A DNA stretch of 64,000 nt, from the NCBI RefSeq assembly GCF_009914755.1, contig NC_060928.1. One strand, written 5' to 3'. The position numbers and the translations under genes are program-made. Of this stretch, positions 1 through 13,290 are shown in pieces. Source of the DNA: the human T2T-CHM13v2.0 reference genome, Homo sapiens. The notes beneath the pieces were generated by a model. It was not told the origin of the DNA, made no database searches, and was given only the letters and a program-made list of their open reading frames with translations. Position 1 is the stretch's first letter, and every line of letters starts with the position of its first letter.

Positions 1-199
1 TTGTGTCCTCACATGGTGGAAGAAAGAAGAGCAAAAGGGCTTTGTGTAAAGCCTCTTTTATAAAAGTTGTAATCCCATTCAAGAAGGAGGTGGAGGCGCT
101 GTCATGACCTAAGCACCTCCTCAAGGCTCCATCTCTTAATACTATTGCATTAGAGATTGTTTCAAGGTGAATTTTGGGGGACACATTCAGAACACAGCA
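1..199 (-). mobile_element. MaLR LTR fragment (MSTC/MSTD/MLT1A-like), cut by the window edge
   Basis: Reverse complement begins tgctgtgttctgaatgtgtccccccaaaattcacc, the typical MaLR LTR 5' terminus. Confidence 0.75.
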
Positions 200-640
200 A
201 GTGGTATTAAATATAGTCACAATGTACAACCATCACCATCCATCTACGTAACTCATTTAATTTTGTAAAATTGAAATTTTATACCCTTAAACAACATTTC
301 CCAATTCCCATTATCCCCTGGAAACCACCATTCTACTTTCTGTCTCTATTATTTCACTATTCCAAGTAGCTTATATAAGTGGAATCATCTGGTATATTTG
401 TCATTTTGTGACTGGCTTGTTTCACGTAGTGTGATATCCTCAAGGTGCATTAATGTTGTAACATGTGTCAGAATTTCCTTTCTTTTTAAGGTTGAATAAT
501 ATTCCATTGCATGTTTATACCACATTTTGCTTATCCATCCATCCTTCAATGGACACTTGAGTTTCTTCTACATTGTATCTATTGTGAATAATGCTGCTAT
601 AAATATGGGTATACAAATATTTCTTTGAGATCCTGTTTTC
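200..640 (-). mobile_element. LINE-1 3' end fragment (L1MB-type)
   Basis: Antisense L1 3'UTR/ORF2 end: ggaatcat...ttttgtgactggcttgtttcac...aataatattccattg...gtgaataatgctgctataaa. Confidence 0.8.
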
Positions 641-644
641 GATA

Positions 645-1090
645 TGTAATAACTTTATCTCTTATAAACTTTTTTATTTAAAGTCTATTTTGTGTGATAT
701 TTGTATAGCTACCCTCCTCTCTTTTGGTTATAATTTGAATTAAATGTCTCTTTCCATCTTATCACTTTTAATCTATTTGTGTCTTCGGATCTAAAATGAG
801 TTTTACAGATAGGATTAATTACATAATGAGTTTTTATCTGTTCAGCTAATTTCTGTCTTTTTGACTGGAGAGTTTAATCAATTTACATTTAAAGTAATTA
901 CTGATAAGGAGAGACTGGTGTCATTTTGTTATGTGTTTTGTATGCCTTATAGCTTTTATGTTCCTCATTTTTTGCATTACTGTCTTTTTTGTGTAGTTGA
1001 TTTTTTGGAGTGAATCATTTAATTTCCTTTGGGATTTCCTTTTGTGTACGTTCTATAGCTATTTTCTTTGTGGTTATCATGGGCATTAAA
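645..1090 (-). mobile_element. Old L1M internal fragment
   Basis: aaagtctattttgtgtgatat...tttaatcaatttacatttaaagtaattactgataag resembles the antisense L1M inter-ORF/ORF2 start. Confidence 0.65.
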
Positions 1091-1512
1091 TGCATTATTA
1101 TAATTTCCATTTTATAAATATAAAATTGATGCAAAAGGAGCTACACTGTTCATTATCTTTATTGAAATTTTTATTTTGAGAACACAAGCATAAATCAGGA
1201 AGAAATATTTAGGTTTTATATTTAAAAGAAAATTTGAGAATGAAATCTATTATAAATAATATTGAGAGAGATAAAAGTCACTTCTACAAATTTTCACTAT
1301 ATTCTTTGTAACTCTCTTATCAGAGTAAAATTTTTGTCATCACACATAATTTAAAAGAAAGGAACCACAAAACTTCAGAGGAAAGTGAAATAAATAGGTA
1401 TTTTTTCCACTGAATTAAATGCTTTATCAAAGCAGGAACTATATCACTTTCATTCATAAAATAAATAATTTTAAATTGAAGCAAATACATTTAACAAATG
1501 AAGTAGCAATTA

Positions 1513-1932
<420 letters not shown>

Positions 1933-2339
1933 GACACTGTCTTAAAACAATGAAGAAAGAATATCTCTGCACTCAAGGATTTCATAATATACTATGGCAG
2001 GATTATAGGAATTAATAACATGTAAAATAATAATGACTTAGCTATAAGAAAGATATCTTAAATGACAGAACAATAATGTACTCAATAGCAACTAAGAGAG
2101 ATTGTGAACTCACTTTTTTCTATGTATTCTTAAAAATAAGGTAAATAAATATTCATCCCGATTAATTTCATGATTAAAAATGGAGAATTATGTGCTACTT
2201 ATGGATGAGCAGACTATGTTATCATTTGACATGAAGTCCTATTAAAGGGATTAATCCATAATTCTCCATATTTTACCTCTGTTTACAATTTCAGACAAAG
2301 ATACTTTGCTTGCTTTTTAAATTCATGTTACCAAACATC

Positions 2340-2800
2340 AAGCCATTAGATAATTAATGAAAACCTGCTGTCTGACAGGCTCTGAGCTAGGATCTGGAGT
2401 TGTGAAGGTGTACTTGGAGAGCTTGACAGTCAAATACAGAACCAAAATATAATGTGAAACACTCTATAATTAAGAAATCTGCAATGAGAGATTCATTCAG
2501 CAAATATTTATTGGCCTTCTACCATGAGCCAGTTATTATTCTAGAGATAAATCACTAGAGGTACATTACAAACAAACCAGCAAACATCCCTGCCCTATTG
2601 AATTCAATTTGCAGTGTCATTGCAATTTCAAGGAAAAGACAATTCATTCCTATTATTGCAAAATGTCAACACAAACAACAGAAAGTGGAACAATTAGGGT
2701 GGGACTTGAAAAATGAACTGGAATTTGCTGGGTCAGCAAGGAGGTGCTAGGCATTGCTGGTGAAAGTGGCAGCCTTCTTAAAGGCGTTGAAGTAGATGGA
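2340..2800 (-). mobile_element. L2 fragments
   Basis: attcattcagcaaatatttattggccttctaccatgagccag is an antisense L2 3' terminus. Confidence 0.55.
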
Positions 2801-3018
2801 GGTGCCACAGTATCTGTTTATTCACAGCACCCCTTTTTTCTTAGATGGCAAGAAATTAAGAAAAGCTAAATCCTGTTAGACAGTAGAAAATCCCAGGACA
2901 TCTCTAGTATGTATCTTGTTAATTTTTAACCATTTAAAGATGTTAGTTTTTCTGTTAATAATTGAAAAATTATAGACCTGATTATATTAAGTATGCTTTG
3001 AAAATGAGAAAGAATTAC

Positions 3019-3122
3019 CTTTGGGCTTATTCATGAACTGTCAAGAATGTCAGCTGAAGCATGGTGGTTTACAGATATAAAGTTGCACTAAGCACTGCTT
3101 TTCTTGAAATCAAATTATCTAC
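3019..3122 (-). other. Candidate non-coding exon (104 nt)
   Basis: Acceptor tttctgttcattcag|G and donor AAG|gtaatt on minus; stops in all three frames; unique sequence. Confidence 0.3.
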
Positions 3123-5559
3123 CTGAATGAACAGAAATCTGCAGGTTAAAGAAATGATTTTTTTCTTTGAATATATAAACTTATTAAGGAAAGAAGTTCA
3201 AATATAAAAACTTATTTAGGAAATGTATAATAAGGGTGATAAATACAGTACACTTTGGCATATAATTTTGCCTACAGATAAAGCCAAATATTTTAAACAA
3301 AAATATTTTTAAAATGAAACATATGATATATGTTGTAAATGTACAACCATTTCATGAATCACAACGTCGGAATACATTGTGATAAAAATTAATCTACTCA
3401 TCTGCTGGCAGTGAAGGAATTAACAGATATTTCACTATGCCATACCAAACACGTTTTAGATTATCACAAAAAGGTACCAGAGAAAGGTCAGAAACTATTC
3501 AGAGACATTTATTTAATGCTTTAGAAAACTCAATGACTCAAATGCAAATATGTAAAATGTATCAACTCTTAATAAATATACTCGGTAGAAAAATATATTC
3601 TTAAAAGCTGATCTTTAATAAAGGTCTCTGGTACCTTTCAACCCTAGGTCATGGCACAGTATCCTGAAAAGATGCTGTTGTTTTGCTCTAACTGGTTTAA
3701 AAAGTGCTTTCACATTGAATAAATATAATAAAATGCATTTATATAAAAAATCTGATCGTGGTTTACTATATATTCCTCCAACTGATGACATTTTTCAGAC
3801 ATTTCAAAATTTACATGCTAAAGTATTTCTGTTTATTAATAATGTGTGATGTAAAGTAAAAACATCATAACCCATTTCAAGGTGTGTCATAATTAAAGGG
3901 CAGGGAGGAGGTAAGGGGACATCATTGCTTGCACTGTTTTATTTCTAAAATTCTTAAAGTAACTCTACATGCAGTTGCTACAAACAGAGAAAACCAAGAA
4001 AATAAACTATCCATATCATGTGAGCAATTTAAACACTATTAGTGAAGAGTTAAAAAAAAAACAAAGGGGAAATTAAGCATTTTATTTTATGATACAGAAC
4101 CTTAAAAAGTTAAACATAGTTAAAAATTGTATTTGTAAATATTCAAAAGTTCATATAGTTACATTTCAGTTTTTCATTTTGATACCGAAATAGTGAAATA
4201 TCAAGTTAAACCAGTTAATTTGACTGCTAATTTCTAAAATGAATATGTTGACCATTTTGACAAAACCATGTTTATTCAGTTATTTTGGTTACTAATCAGA
4301 ATTCCATTTGAAGAAAGAATCTGCCTTCATAACATGCTGCTACCCTATGCAAACTTTTTGAGAAGATTTACATGCAAAATGGTAGAAATATTAGTTTAGC
4401 CTGAAATACTAAACATAGCGCTGTGATGTTGATCTGTATATTATTTCTCTACCAATCAGCACCATAATTTCACAAAGAAATGTTCAGCTTAATTTTAATT
4501 CAAATATAGCTTCCAAAATGCCCTAAAATACATTCTTAATTCTGACCTAAGGGGAATTTATTGAATTTTGTGAAGTGGAGGTCTTTGATTTCAGTATATG
4601 TTACATGGTGAGTCATAGTGCCTTTGTATTGAGTATATAGTGATCCTTTTTATCTTTTCATAAAATAGGCATTTCAAAAACTACTAACCTGCTATTCCAT
4701 GTGCTGCACATGTTAGGCATTAACTAATGTGATTTTTCAAGCATCTCTTACATGTGACACATTCAGGACTGCATTCTTTTGAGGGTCTCGATTCTGAGAG
4801 CCACAATTATAGGTTAGAGCCCATTCTCCCTTTTTATTTGTGGTTCAGTCTTAATGTGGTCATGGTACATAGTCCCATGATTTACGATCAGATGGATTAA
4901 CCACTGACTTATGCCTCACATAAGCATTATAAATTTATATGCATATCTTCCAGATGCAGAGAAAATGCAGAGAGATTTTCGTAAGGGATTATTCAGACCA
5001 TCTTAAGTAGGGAGAAACCAATCCAAAGCAAAAACAGCTTTTGCATATGGCATCCATAGCTGCAAGGTTATTTTGCAGAAAGTGCTCAGATGAAGCAAAG
5101 ATGTCCTTGATAAAGGCAAAAAATAAAAAAGCCAACAAACTATTTATAGCTGGGGCTATCTAATTTAGAGTAAACCTTTTGCCTCTAACCACATTTGCTG
5201 CAGAATTCTTCTGGCTAATTGCAGGCTACTCCTACTTTACATGGAGACATCTGCACTATGGCACACCCTATAATTATATGGGAAGGGATCACTCATGATT
5301 TTGTTGATAGCGTATTATAGCTAAATCCTTCGGGTGGGAACAGGAGAATTGCATTGTTTCAATCTAGGGGACAAAAGGTGAAACTTTTAAGTAAGTAAAT
5401 TTTCCACAGAATAAACCATGCAAGTGTTTGGTGATGATGTTTTATACTTTTTCTTAATGGCTTAAAGAGACCCTTTGCATTCTGTGAAAGGCAGAGAGAG
5501 GGAGAGAAAGGTGTCTACACAGCCAGGATTAATCCCTCTAGCACATGTTGAAAATGAGT

Positions 5560-5860
5560 CATAATTGCCACCACCCTAGTGCAGGCCCTTATCACCCCTT
5601 GACTATTTGTTGCAAAGGCTTTTTGCTGCAGAAGCCTCAAATCCACATTCTTCAATATATTCTGAACACTAGTCATTGGTGCAAATTTACAAATTCTCTG
5701 TTTTCATGATGTTACACATCTTCTCAAAAACTTCAGTGACTCCCATCCCTTACAGGACAGAGACCAGGTTTCCTTACCTGGCTGTCCCGAACCTCCAAGG
5801 GTTTCCCCACTTTCTCTTCTAGCTGTATCCCTTCCTAAAATGTGACATCAATGTAGTTTG
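5560..5860 (+). mobile_element. L2 fragment
   Basis: Pyrimidine-rich L2-like text, e.g. cttctcaaaaacttcagtgactcccatcccttacaggacag. Confidence 0.55.
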
Positions 5861-5899
5861 AAATTGCCTGTGACCTCCTCAAAACAATTTTTTGGGGGT

Positions 5900-6110
5900 T
5901 TGAAGTCCAGCCACATCACTTACCAGATACATCAGTGGAAATAAGTGGTTTCACAACTCTGAGGTTCAATATCTTTACCCATAAAGTGAATGTGATAATG
6001 TCCTTGTTTTTGGGTTGCGGTGAAATTTTAACATATTAATAATATATGTAAAACACTTATAACAGTGCCTGGAACATAAGTAAACACTAAAAATTGAATA
6101 GCTATTTTTA
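5900..6110 (+). mobile_element. MIR
   Basis: MIR 3' end atgtaaaacacttataacagtgcctggaacataagtaaacact. Confidence 0.7.
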
Positions 6111-6337
6111 GTGTTCTTGTTGTTTATTGGAAGAAATACACTGAGAATCTTCCAGATGAGTTTTTCTTACAAAGGTGTATTGTCTGACAAGCAATGTTTT
6201 AATTATTTTTTGAATTTCTGTATTTTTTAGAATGATCTTACTAACAACATACTATTCATATTTGTTAACGTTCCCTACCCAGCCCTTGAAGGAACTTAAT
6301 CAGATTCTCTGCTTAGGTGTGCATTAACATACCCATC

Positions 6338-6817
6338 TGCAATGGGTTGAATAATGTGCCCCCCAACCCCTGACACACACACACACACACACACATACAC
6401 ACCCCTCATGTCTATACTGAACCTCAGAATGTGACCTTATTTGAAAATAGGGTCTTTGCATATATAATTAGTTAAGAATCTTGAGATGAAATTATCCTGG
6501 ATTTACAGTAGCCCTACATCAATTCACTTCTAAGAAGAGGAGAAGATGCAGAGAGACACAGAGAAGAATGCAACGTGAAGATGAAGGCAGAGACTGGAGG
6601 GATGCATCTATAAACCAAGGAACACCAAGAATTGCCAGCAACCAAGCTAGGATAAAAGCAGGGAACAGTTTTTTACTTAGATCCTCCAGAAGGAACCAAT
6701 CATGCCCACATATTTTTTCAGACTACTGGCCTCAGGAACTGTGAGATGATAAATTTCTGTTGTTCTAAACCACACAGTTTGTGGTAATTTGTTATAGCAG
6801 GCTCAGGAAACGAATAT
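6338..6817 (+). mobile_element. MLT1C-like MaLR solo LTR with internal (CA)n at ~6373-6402
   Basis: acctcagaatgtgaccttatttgaaaatagggtctttgca and 3' end gtggtaatttgttatagcag...aggaaacgaata. Confidence 0.85.
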
Positions 6818-6819
6818 GT

Positions 6820-7110
6820 GAGCATCATCCCATGCATCTTATAAAACTCAGTTCAGATCCAACATATATGGTGAACACTTCACTGATTAAATCACTCCAG
6901 CCTGATGCAACATCCCCTGTTCTGAACCTTCAGCAAAACATGCCAGCTGCCCCACTCATGTGGTTCTTACCTTCTTGTCTTATTTTCTTTGTACCTGCAT
7001 ATGTCTGTCTCCACAGCAAGAATATAAACTTTGTGAGAATGAAGACTTGACCCTACACAGTTTATACCCTTTACAATAACTTCAGTAGTGTAGGTTATTA
7101 TAAATGCCAG
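6820..7110 (+). mobile_element. L2 3' fragment
   Basis: tgtctgtctccacagcaagaatataaactttgtgagaatgaagac resembles the L2 3' region. Confidence 0.5.
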
Positions 7111-7489
7111 TTGGTTTATCCAAACCACCTTAAACATTATGAATAATTAATTTAAATCACAACAACCTTTTACCAAGATATGTCTAATATTCAATTTGTA
7201 TATTTAAAATAATAGCAACTTTTCAGTGATATGTAACATTGATACCAAGAAGCATATGTACCCAATATTCATTGCAAAAATTTATTTCTAAAAGAAATAT
7301 ACCTAATCTATTTACTCTGTGGTCATCATAGTGTAGGTATCTTTTAAACATGGTTTAGTTCTATAAATTGTGATTAGCTATGGTAATAATTTGCTTCTCA
7401 CATTAATTCATTAGATGAAAGTGTTTATATAACTAAAAAATGTATCCCGAATTTGCCATCTAGTTAATATGATGGGTGTATTGGTGACT

Positions 7490-7650
7490 GTCTCATTGAG
7501 CTGTTAATAATTAGTGCTTTAACAACCATGGCCAAGGCCACGGGTTTGATCTCCTTTATGGCCTGGTTAGTTTCTCTCTGTTTTGCAGCTACAGACTGTC
7601 CCTTTTACCACAGCTGGCTGATTCACAAATTTGTGGCCACTCAGGGAAGT
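7490..7650 (+). mobile_element. tRNA-derived ancient SINE (MamSINE1-like)
   Basis: gccaaggccacgggtttgatctcctttatggcc resembles the 3' half of tRNA-Ile, followed by gttagtttctctctgttttgcagctacagactg resembling the MamSINE1 body. Confidence 0.6.
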
Positions 7651-8079
7651 ATCCTACCACTACCTGGTCAGTTGTATCTGCTTTGTGTTCAAAGGGCAGT
7701 GAGTTGAGAAGCTGCATTGCTGGAGAGTCAGTTGTAAAGGACTTCAAAGATTGAAGATAAGGCATCTGACACTTGAGACGTGGGGAGGTTAATCTTGGTG
7801 TAAAACTGAAGGCCCAGAGACATAACTGGACAAAAAAGAGAAAAGATAGAAAAGCACAATGAAACACACAGAGGGAAAAATTTGGAGAGACAAGGAACTA
7901 AACAAGTCTGGAATAAAACGAGAATATGAGAAGAGGTAATAAATACATAAAATGCAATATATAAAGAGATATAAGCTTGAGGAAGGATTTTAAAGAAAAA
8001 GAAGCTAAAAGCCAAAATGGTCACGTGAAACAGGACTACAATAGCGGACACGTAGTTTCAACAGTGGGAAATGAAGTGC

Positions 8080-8138
8080 ATTTTAGAATATATGAATACA
8101 AACAGTATTCATATATTAGTATTCATATATTCTAAAAT
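8080..8138. repeat. 20-bp perfect inverted repeat with internal 14-bp tandem duplication
   Basis: attttagaatatatgaatac (8080-8099) is the reverse complement of gtattcatatattctaaaat (8119-8138). Confidence 0.9.
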
Positions 8139-8289
8139 TCCAAAAAGTAAGTTTGTAAAAATGGTGAATAGTATGTGTCTGTGATCTATACTCAGGAGGA
8201 TAGGTTGACCAATGAATCACAGCTAGAATTAACTGCCTCCCAATCTTCTTGAATTTTGATCAACTCTTATGTGCCATAGCTTCTCTGGC

Positions 8290-8680
8290 AGACACAGTCC
8301 CTGCCTCCCATGAGACTGCAGGTGTGGGTGCACACACTGACACTGTGAAACTACAGGGTGACAAGTGTTTTGATAGAGGTTTGTATGCCAAGGGCTAACA
8401 TTACACATAAGAGAGTCCCCTCCCTTATCCTAGGATTGAATAAAGAAAATTTATCAGATGAGATGACACTTAAGATTAAGAAGGAGGCTCTAAAAAGTGC
8501 TAGAAGCACTAAACTGTATTATGAAAAGCTGCTTTCATTTATTTCATTTATTTACTTACTAAGTAATAATTGAACCACTTACCATCTCCAAGATACTACA
8601 TAGGGCTTGAAAACCTTTTAAGCTTTATGAACTAATGTAGAACTTGCAGTCTAGTGCAGACAACCAAGGTGGTCAAATTA
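8290..8680 (-). mobile_element. L2 fragments
   Basis: gacacagtccctgcctcccatgagactgcagg and tttcatttatttacttactaagtaataattgaaccacttacc. Confidence 0.5.
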
Positions 8681-10799
8681 GCGTCAATAGAGTTACATTG
8701 GTTTCAAACTGATAAAAACTGTCACTTAGGAAACACAGAGCATTCATATTAAAAATGGAAAGTCTACAGAGGAAATACTTTAGTTGATCAATTTATGTAA
8801 ATAGTTTTCATATTACTTTATCTCAAAGCTTGGCTAAAATATGGTTGAGATTTCTATATTACTTATTACAAGGCATGTTATATTTTACATTTGGATCTAA
8901 TGACATCACTAATAGGATTTATAGGCACATTCATTGACATCTATGGACATTTCTGCAAGAGATTATTGAAATTTCACATGAAGTGTTATTTTTTCATTAC
9001 AGCATTCTGTTAATCAACCTTCAAAAAATGTTAAGTCAGAAGAGAAAAAGCGCATTGCTTTAAAACTTGAAAATATTTTAGCTGAACACTTTGTAATAGA
9101 ACAATTTGAAACTATTTTCACATATTAGGATATAATGTCCAGTAGACATATAAAATGCTTTTTCTGCCTATATGCACAAATGTTGATATGCACGTAAACA
9201 TCTATATACTTAATGAAAACACACATATTTGCACAGAGAAAATAGTTTATATTATCAAAGTTTAGAATGTCATTAAATGTATAAGAAAAATTATCTCGAG
9301 CCTTTGGCACAGTAAATTTAGAAGCAATATTCTAGCACTCAACAACTACATTTTTGAAAGGAAAATTTTCACAAACAAAGAAAAAAGGAATTTTTTCTGG
9401 AGTTTAGAAGTGAATTCTTAAAACTATATTAGATTATTCAAAACATTTTTTGTAAAAATCAGGAGAGTTGTATATTAAACTATGGGGCAAAGTAATTCTT
9501 CATATGTATTTACAGAAAGGACATCCTTTTCTGTTGATCCTAATATAATTATTGAAAGCAGGTATCTTGTCCAAATAGTAAGGCTTCGGGGCTTGTGAAT
9601 AAAAACAATGGCTCCTTGACTATATTTGTACCAAATGAGACAGAACATGAAGACTGATTCAATTCACACAGAATTCAGAAGTTTAAGAAACCAAAGTTCA
9701 TTTAAACATAAATTTTGGGTGAGGAAATTATATATGTGACAAGCTGTAACAAGAATTATAAAACAAACAAAAATAACACCATCAAATCCTTGCCAAATGT
9801 GTAAATACAGATTGAAGGGCAAATCCTGATGCAGTAAAAACTTTGATATAATTTATTATCCAGAAAAGGAAAAAAACAAAAGACAGTATTTTGAAGGAAT
9901 AATTGAAAAGTCCTTACATTATCGTGAAATTTGTTTCATCTATTTTCTGTATTTATTATTATTGGTAAATAAAGAATGTCTGAGTTTTTTCTTTTCTAGC
10001 TAATAAATTATGTTTTAAAGAGTTAACGTATATTATTCTACATCTTCCAACCTGCTATGATTGCTTATATGTTAGCTAATTCTCAAAAGTACTGGAAAGT
10101 TTTATTTAGTGCAATAATTTTTCTTCTTATGTCCTCCATCATTACTCTTTCCCAAAGCTCTAAGTAGAAGACTACTTCTTAAAATTTTGGCAAGTGTGTT
10201 TGAACAGGTTGAACTCTATTACACTTCATCACTTCCCTAAAACAAATGAGCTAATTATGTTCTTTCCTTCAAAATGTTTATTGAGACGTTCACACATGTT
10301 ACTCAGAAACCCCACAAACTTGTTAAAAGCACGTGCCTGTTTTCATGCTCTGAAAATGTACTTGATGCTGGCATTTGTATCAAACACAGATGGACATGAG
10401 TATCATAATGTCATTAGTAAAGCCATTTAAAGGCATTTTTCCATGTTTATAGTGGGTTTTGAAGGCCGTTAGATAGTTTCAGTGAAAGGAGGATACTTGA
10501 GCCAGAGCACACATTCCATAGAAAAATATGCAAGAAATCAACTCCCTAGTGGGTTTTTGTGTTCGTATGATTCTTTTTTTCTAAGACTCCGTAATTTGGG
10601 AATAATTTTAATGTCTCTGACTAATTTGTACTCTGAGTATGTGATTCAAAATACTTCATTGGAGTATTTAGCAAAATTAGTTATTTTTACTTGCTTTCAG
10701 CTATTAATTTAAAATAAAGGTATAAAAATCTTTATGTCTTAAAAAAAAAAAGTTTGGCTGAGAAAAACTCCCGAGTGAATATTGGCACTAGAAAAATAA

Positions 10800-11950
10800 A
10801 AGCACAGTAAAGCCTGAGGTAACCTCTTATCTCCATAAGGACAAACAAAGGAAAAAAAGAATTAAGAAACAAAATTTGGTCCCCAGGTAAAGTCTGCATT
10901 GAAAATTCTGACCCAGATATCAGGGAAGTGCCTAAAGGGATATAAACCCCAAAACACATAGACACACAGCCATCACAAGAAATTGACCAATGCAGTCAGC
11001 TCCTATATTCACCAAAGGCATTTATCAAGTATGAATAAGAACAAATAAACCAAACCTGTCAAACATTTGGTGAAAACCGATACCCAAAGAAAAGTCCCAA
11101 ACTCAACAAACAGAGCTGGAAGAACAAACTAATCCCTAAAATGTAGCACAAAAAAGACATGGAGATGGAAAATATGAAAGAAAAGCCAGAATATAAAAGA
11201 TGAATTTACAAGTACTACTGTTTGTCCAATAGGAGTTCTAGATGACAGGACTGAGAAAAATTCAATGAAAGAAATAAAGAAAAAAAAGAAGAAAATAAAT
11301 TTCCAAATTAAAAGCTGAGATATGTATATATATATTCAGCTTATATATGCATGTGTGTGTGTGTATGTGCAATGAAGTGTGAAACAATTTTCAGAGTAAA
11401 GTCTCAGAAAGTTACTAAGTCCCTTTCTATTATAATTACTTACATTTACTGTAATAAAAAATTGTATACCATCAATATGAAATAAATTTAAGACAGAATA
11501 TGACATTGAACACAGTAAACAGTGTTGAAAGTAGGAAGTACTTGTGCTTATAATAAAGCGGCACAGAATAATGAGGTATTAGTTTAAAAGTTAATAAAAT
11601 GACAGGAAATATAAGGTAGTAAACATATTACCAATCACAAAAAATATGAATTAATTAAATGTATCAGTAAAATACATACTGTATTCATCAATTTGTTATA
11701 AGCATATTGTGGAGCCCTGAAATAATCTCCAAATCAAACATAAAAATGAATTAAGGCAAGCAGCAGAATGATATATAAATTATGATCACAATTATGTTTA
11801 AATGATATGTATATGTACGTATGTATAAAATTGAATGCGTAAGTAAAGGGCTAGAAATAGATACCCCACATTTTTAATGATGTTTCTCTCTAGGATAGGA
11901 ATTGAACTAGGGTTGTTATAGAAAACTGTAAAATAAATAATTTTTTGAAA
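10800..11950 (+). mobile_element. Very old L1ME/HAL1-like fragments
   Basis: A-rich ORF1-like text (gtccaataggagttctagatgacagg...) and an L1ME-like 3' end near 11850. Confidence 0.45.
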
Positions 11951-12764
11951 TAAAATATTTTTACAATACTTGTAATATTAAAAACAAGACAGGCTTTGCT
12001 ACTTTCCAAAGATTTATGATTCCATTGATAAAAATATTTTGAACCTAGAAAAAGAAAACTATTACATATGTATTCTATAAAACTACTATTTGAGAAACAA
12101 TTTCTACAAAGAAATTGAAAAGTCAATAAATTCATAAAGTACATCAAAATATGAGAATAAGATTTAAAAAACAGATACCCTCTTTGGAATAAAAATTCAT
12201 ATAAAATATGTGCAAATATTTCACAAAACCAACTTACTCTGGCAGATAATTTGTAAATGGTTATGGATGAGATTCTTCCAAATCTAGAGCCAATATGTGA
12301 ACTGTAGCAAAGATAAAATAAAATGTAAAATCTATGTTAAGTCTGGAAAACTTTGAGAAAAAAGGATTTATTAGTGTTTCTTCAGCAGTAAAGGAAAATA
12401 AATCCCTTTAATATAGAAAATGATATAGTGATACTCCCTCAATTTGAAAATGACTTTTCTCCTGATGTCAAACAAACCAAGAAACCTTCTGGATGTCAAT
12501 TTTGATTCCAATTTAGCAGAGAATGTAGTGGTCAGTGAAAACACATTTTAGTCCTCATGCCAGCTATATTTCTCAGTGAAAATAAATGTATTGGAGTTTG
12601 GTTCGCATATCACTATTTTATAAATTGTGTTATTGTGAGTGTATCCCATTTTCTCAGCATTAAGGGAAAAATTGATAAATTCAAGAAGAGGTTCAGACTC
12701 TGGACCCTTGATGACCCATTCACATAAAGCATGTAGTTCTCAACTGGAAACCATCAGTATAGTG

Positions 12765-12984
12765 CAGGGGTGTCCAATGTTTTAGCTTCCCTGGGCCACA
12801 CTGGAAGAAGAATTGTCTTGGGCCACACATAAAATACGCTGCCACTAACGATAGCAGATGAGCTTTAAAAAAAATGCAAGAAAACCTCATGAGGTTTCAA
12901 GAAAGTTTATGAATTTGTGTTGGGCTGCATTCAAAGCTGTCGGGAGCCACATGCAGCCCATGGGCCACAGGTTGGACAAGCTTG
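12765..12984 (+). mobile_element. MER30 hAT-Charlie non-autonomous DNA transposon, complete
   Basis: Ends caggggtgtccaa...ttggacaagcttg; perfect 8-bp TSD gtatagtg at 12757-12764 and 12985-12992. Confidence 0.95.
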
Positions 12985-12999
12985 GTATAGTGCATGCTA

Positions 13000-13290
13000 T
13001 TGTAGTTCCCAGGATTTCCCTTCAGGTCAGAGCCACTCTCTGCTACAAGAAGTTGAATACCTTCCAAGAATTACTTTCTGCCAAAATAAGCTGCTTTGTC
13101 CCAGGTTAGGCAGTGTCCCTGGAGGCAACCTATATGCAGTGACGGTGAGGTTGGGAGAAAGCATTAAAAAGGCCTATCCCCTTTGCCTCAATTAGGACAT
13201 CTCTGAAGGCCATCCCAACTCCACAGGCCCCTAGAGGATTAGTTGAGCCATTTATTGCAACTGCATTATAGGTCAGCTTCTCCCTCTGCC
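13000..13290 (+). mobile_element. LTR16-family ERVL LTR fragment
   Basis: ttgcctcaattaggacatctctgaaggccatcccaactcc...gcaactgcattataggtcagcttctccctctgcc. Confidence 0.75.

Noticed and set aside
4595-4615. 13-nt exon-like signal with gtgagt donor overlapping an AP-1 motif
   Set aside because: Very short, not frame-preserving, and single 7-mer motifs are expected by chance several times in 64 kb
7490-7565. Functional tRNA-Ile gene
   Set aside because: 5' half and anticodon arm are degraded and the sequence continues into a SINE-like body
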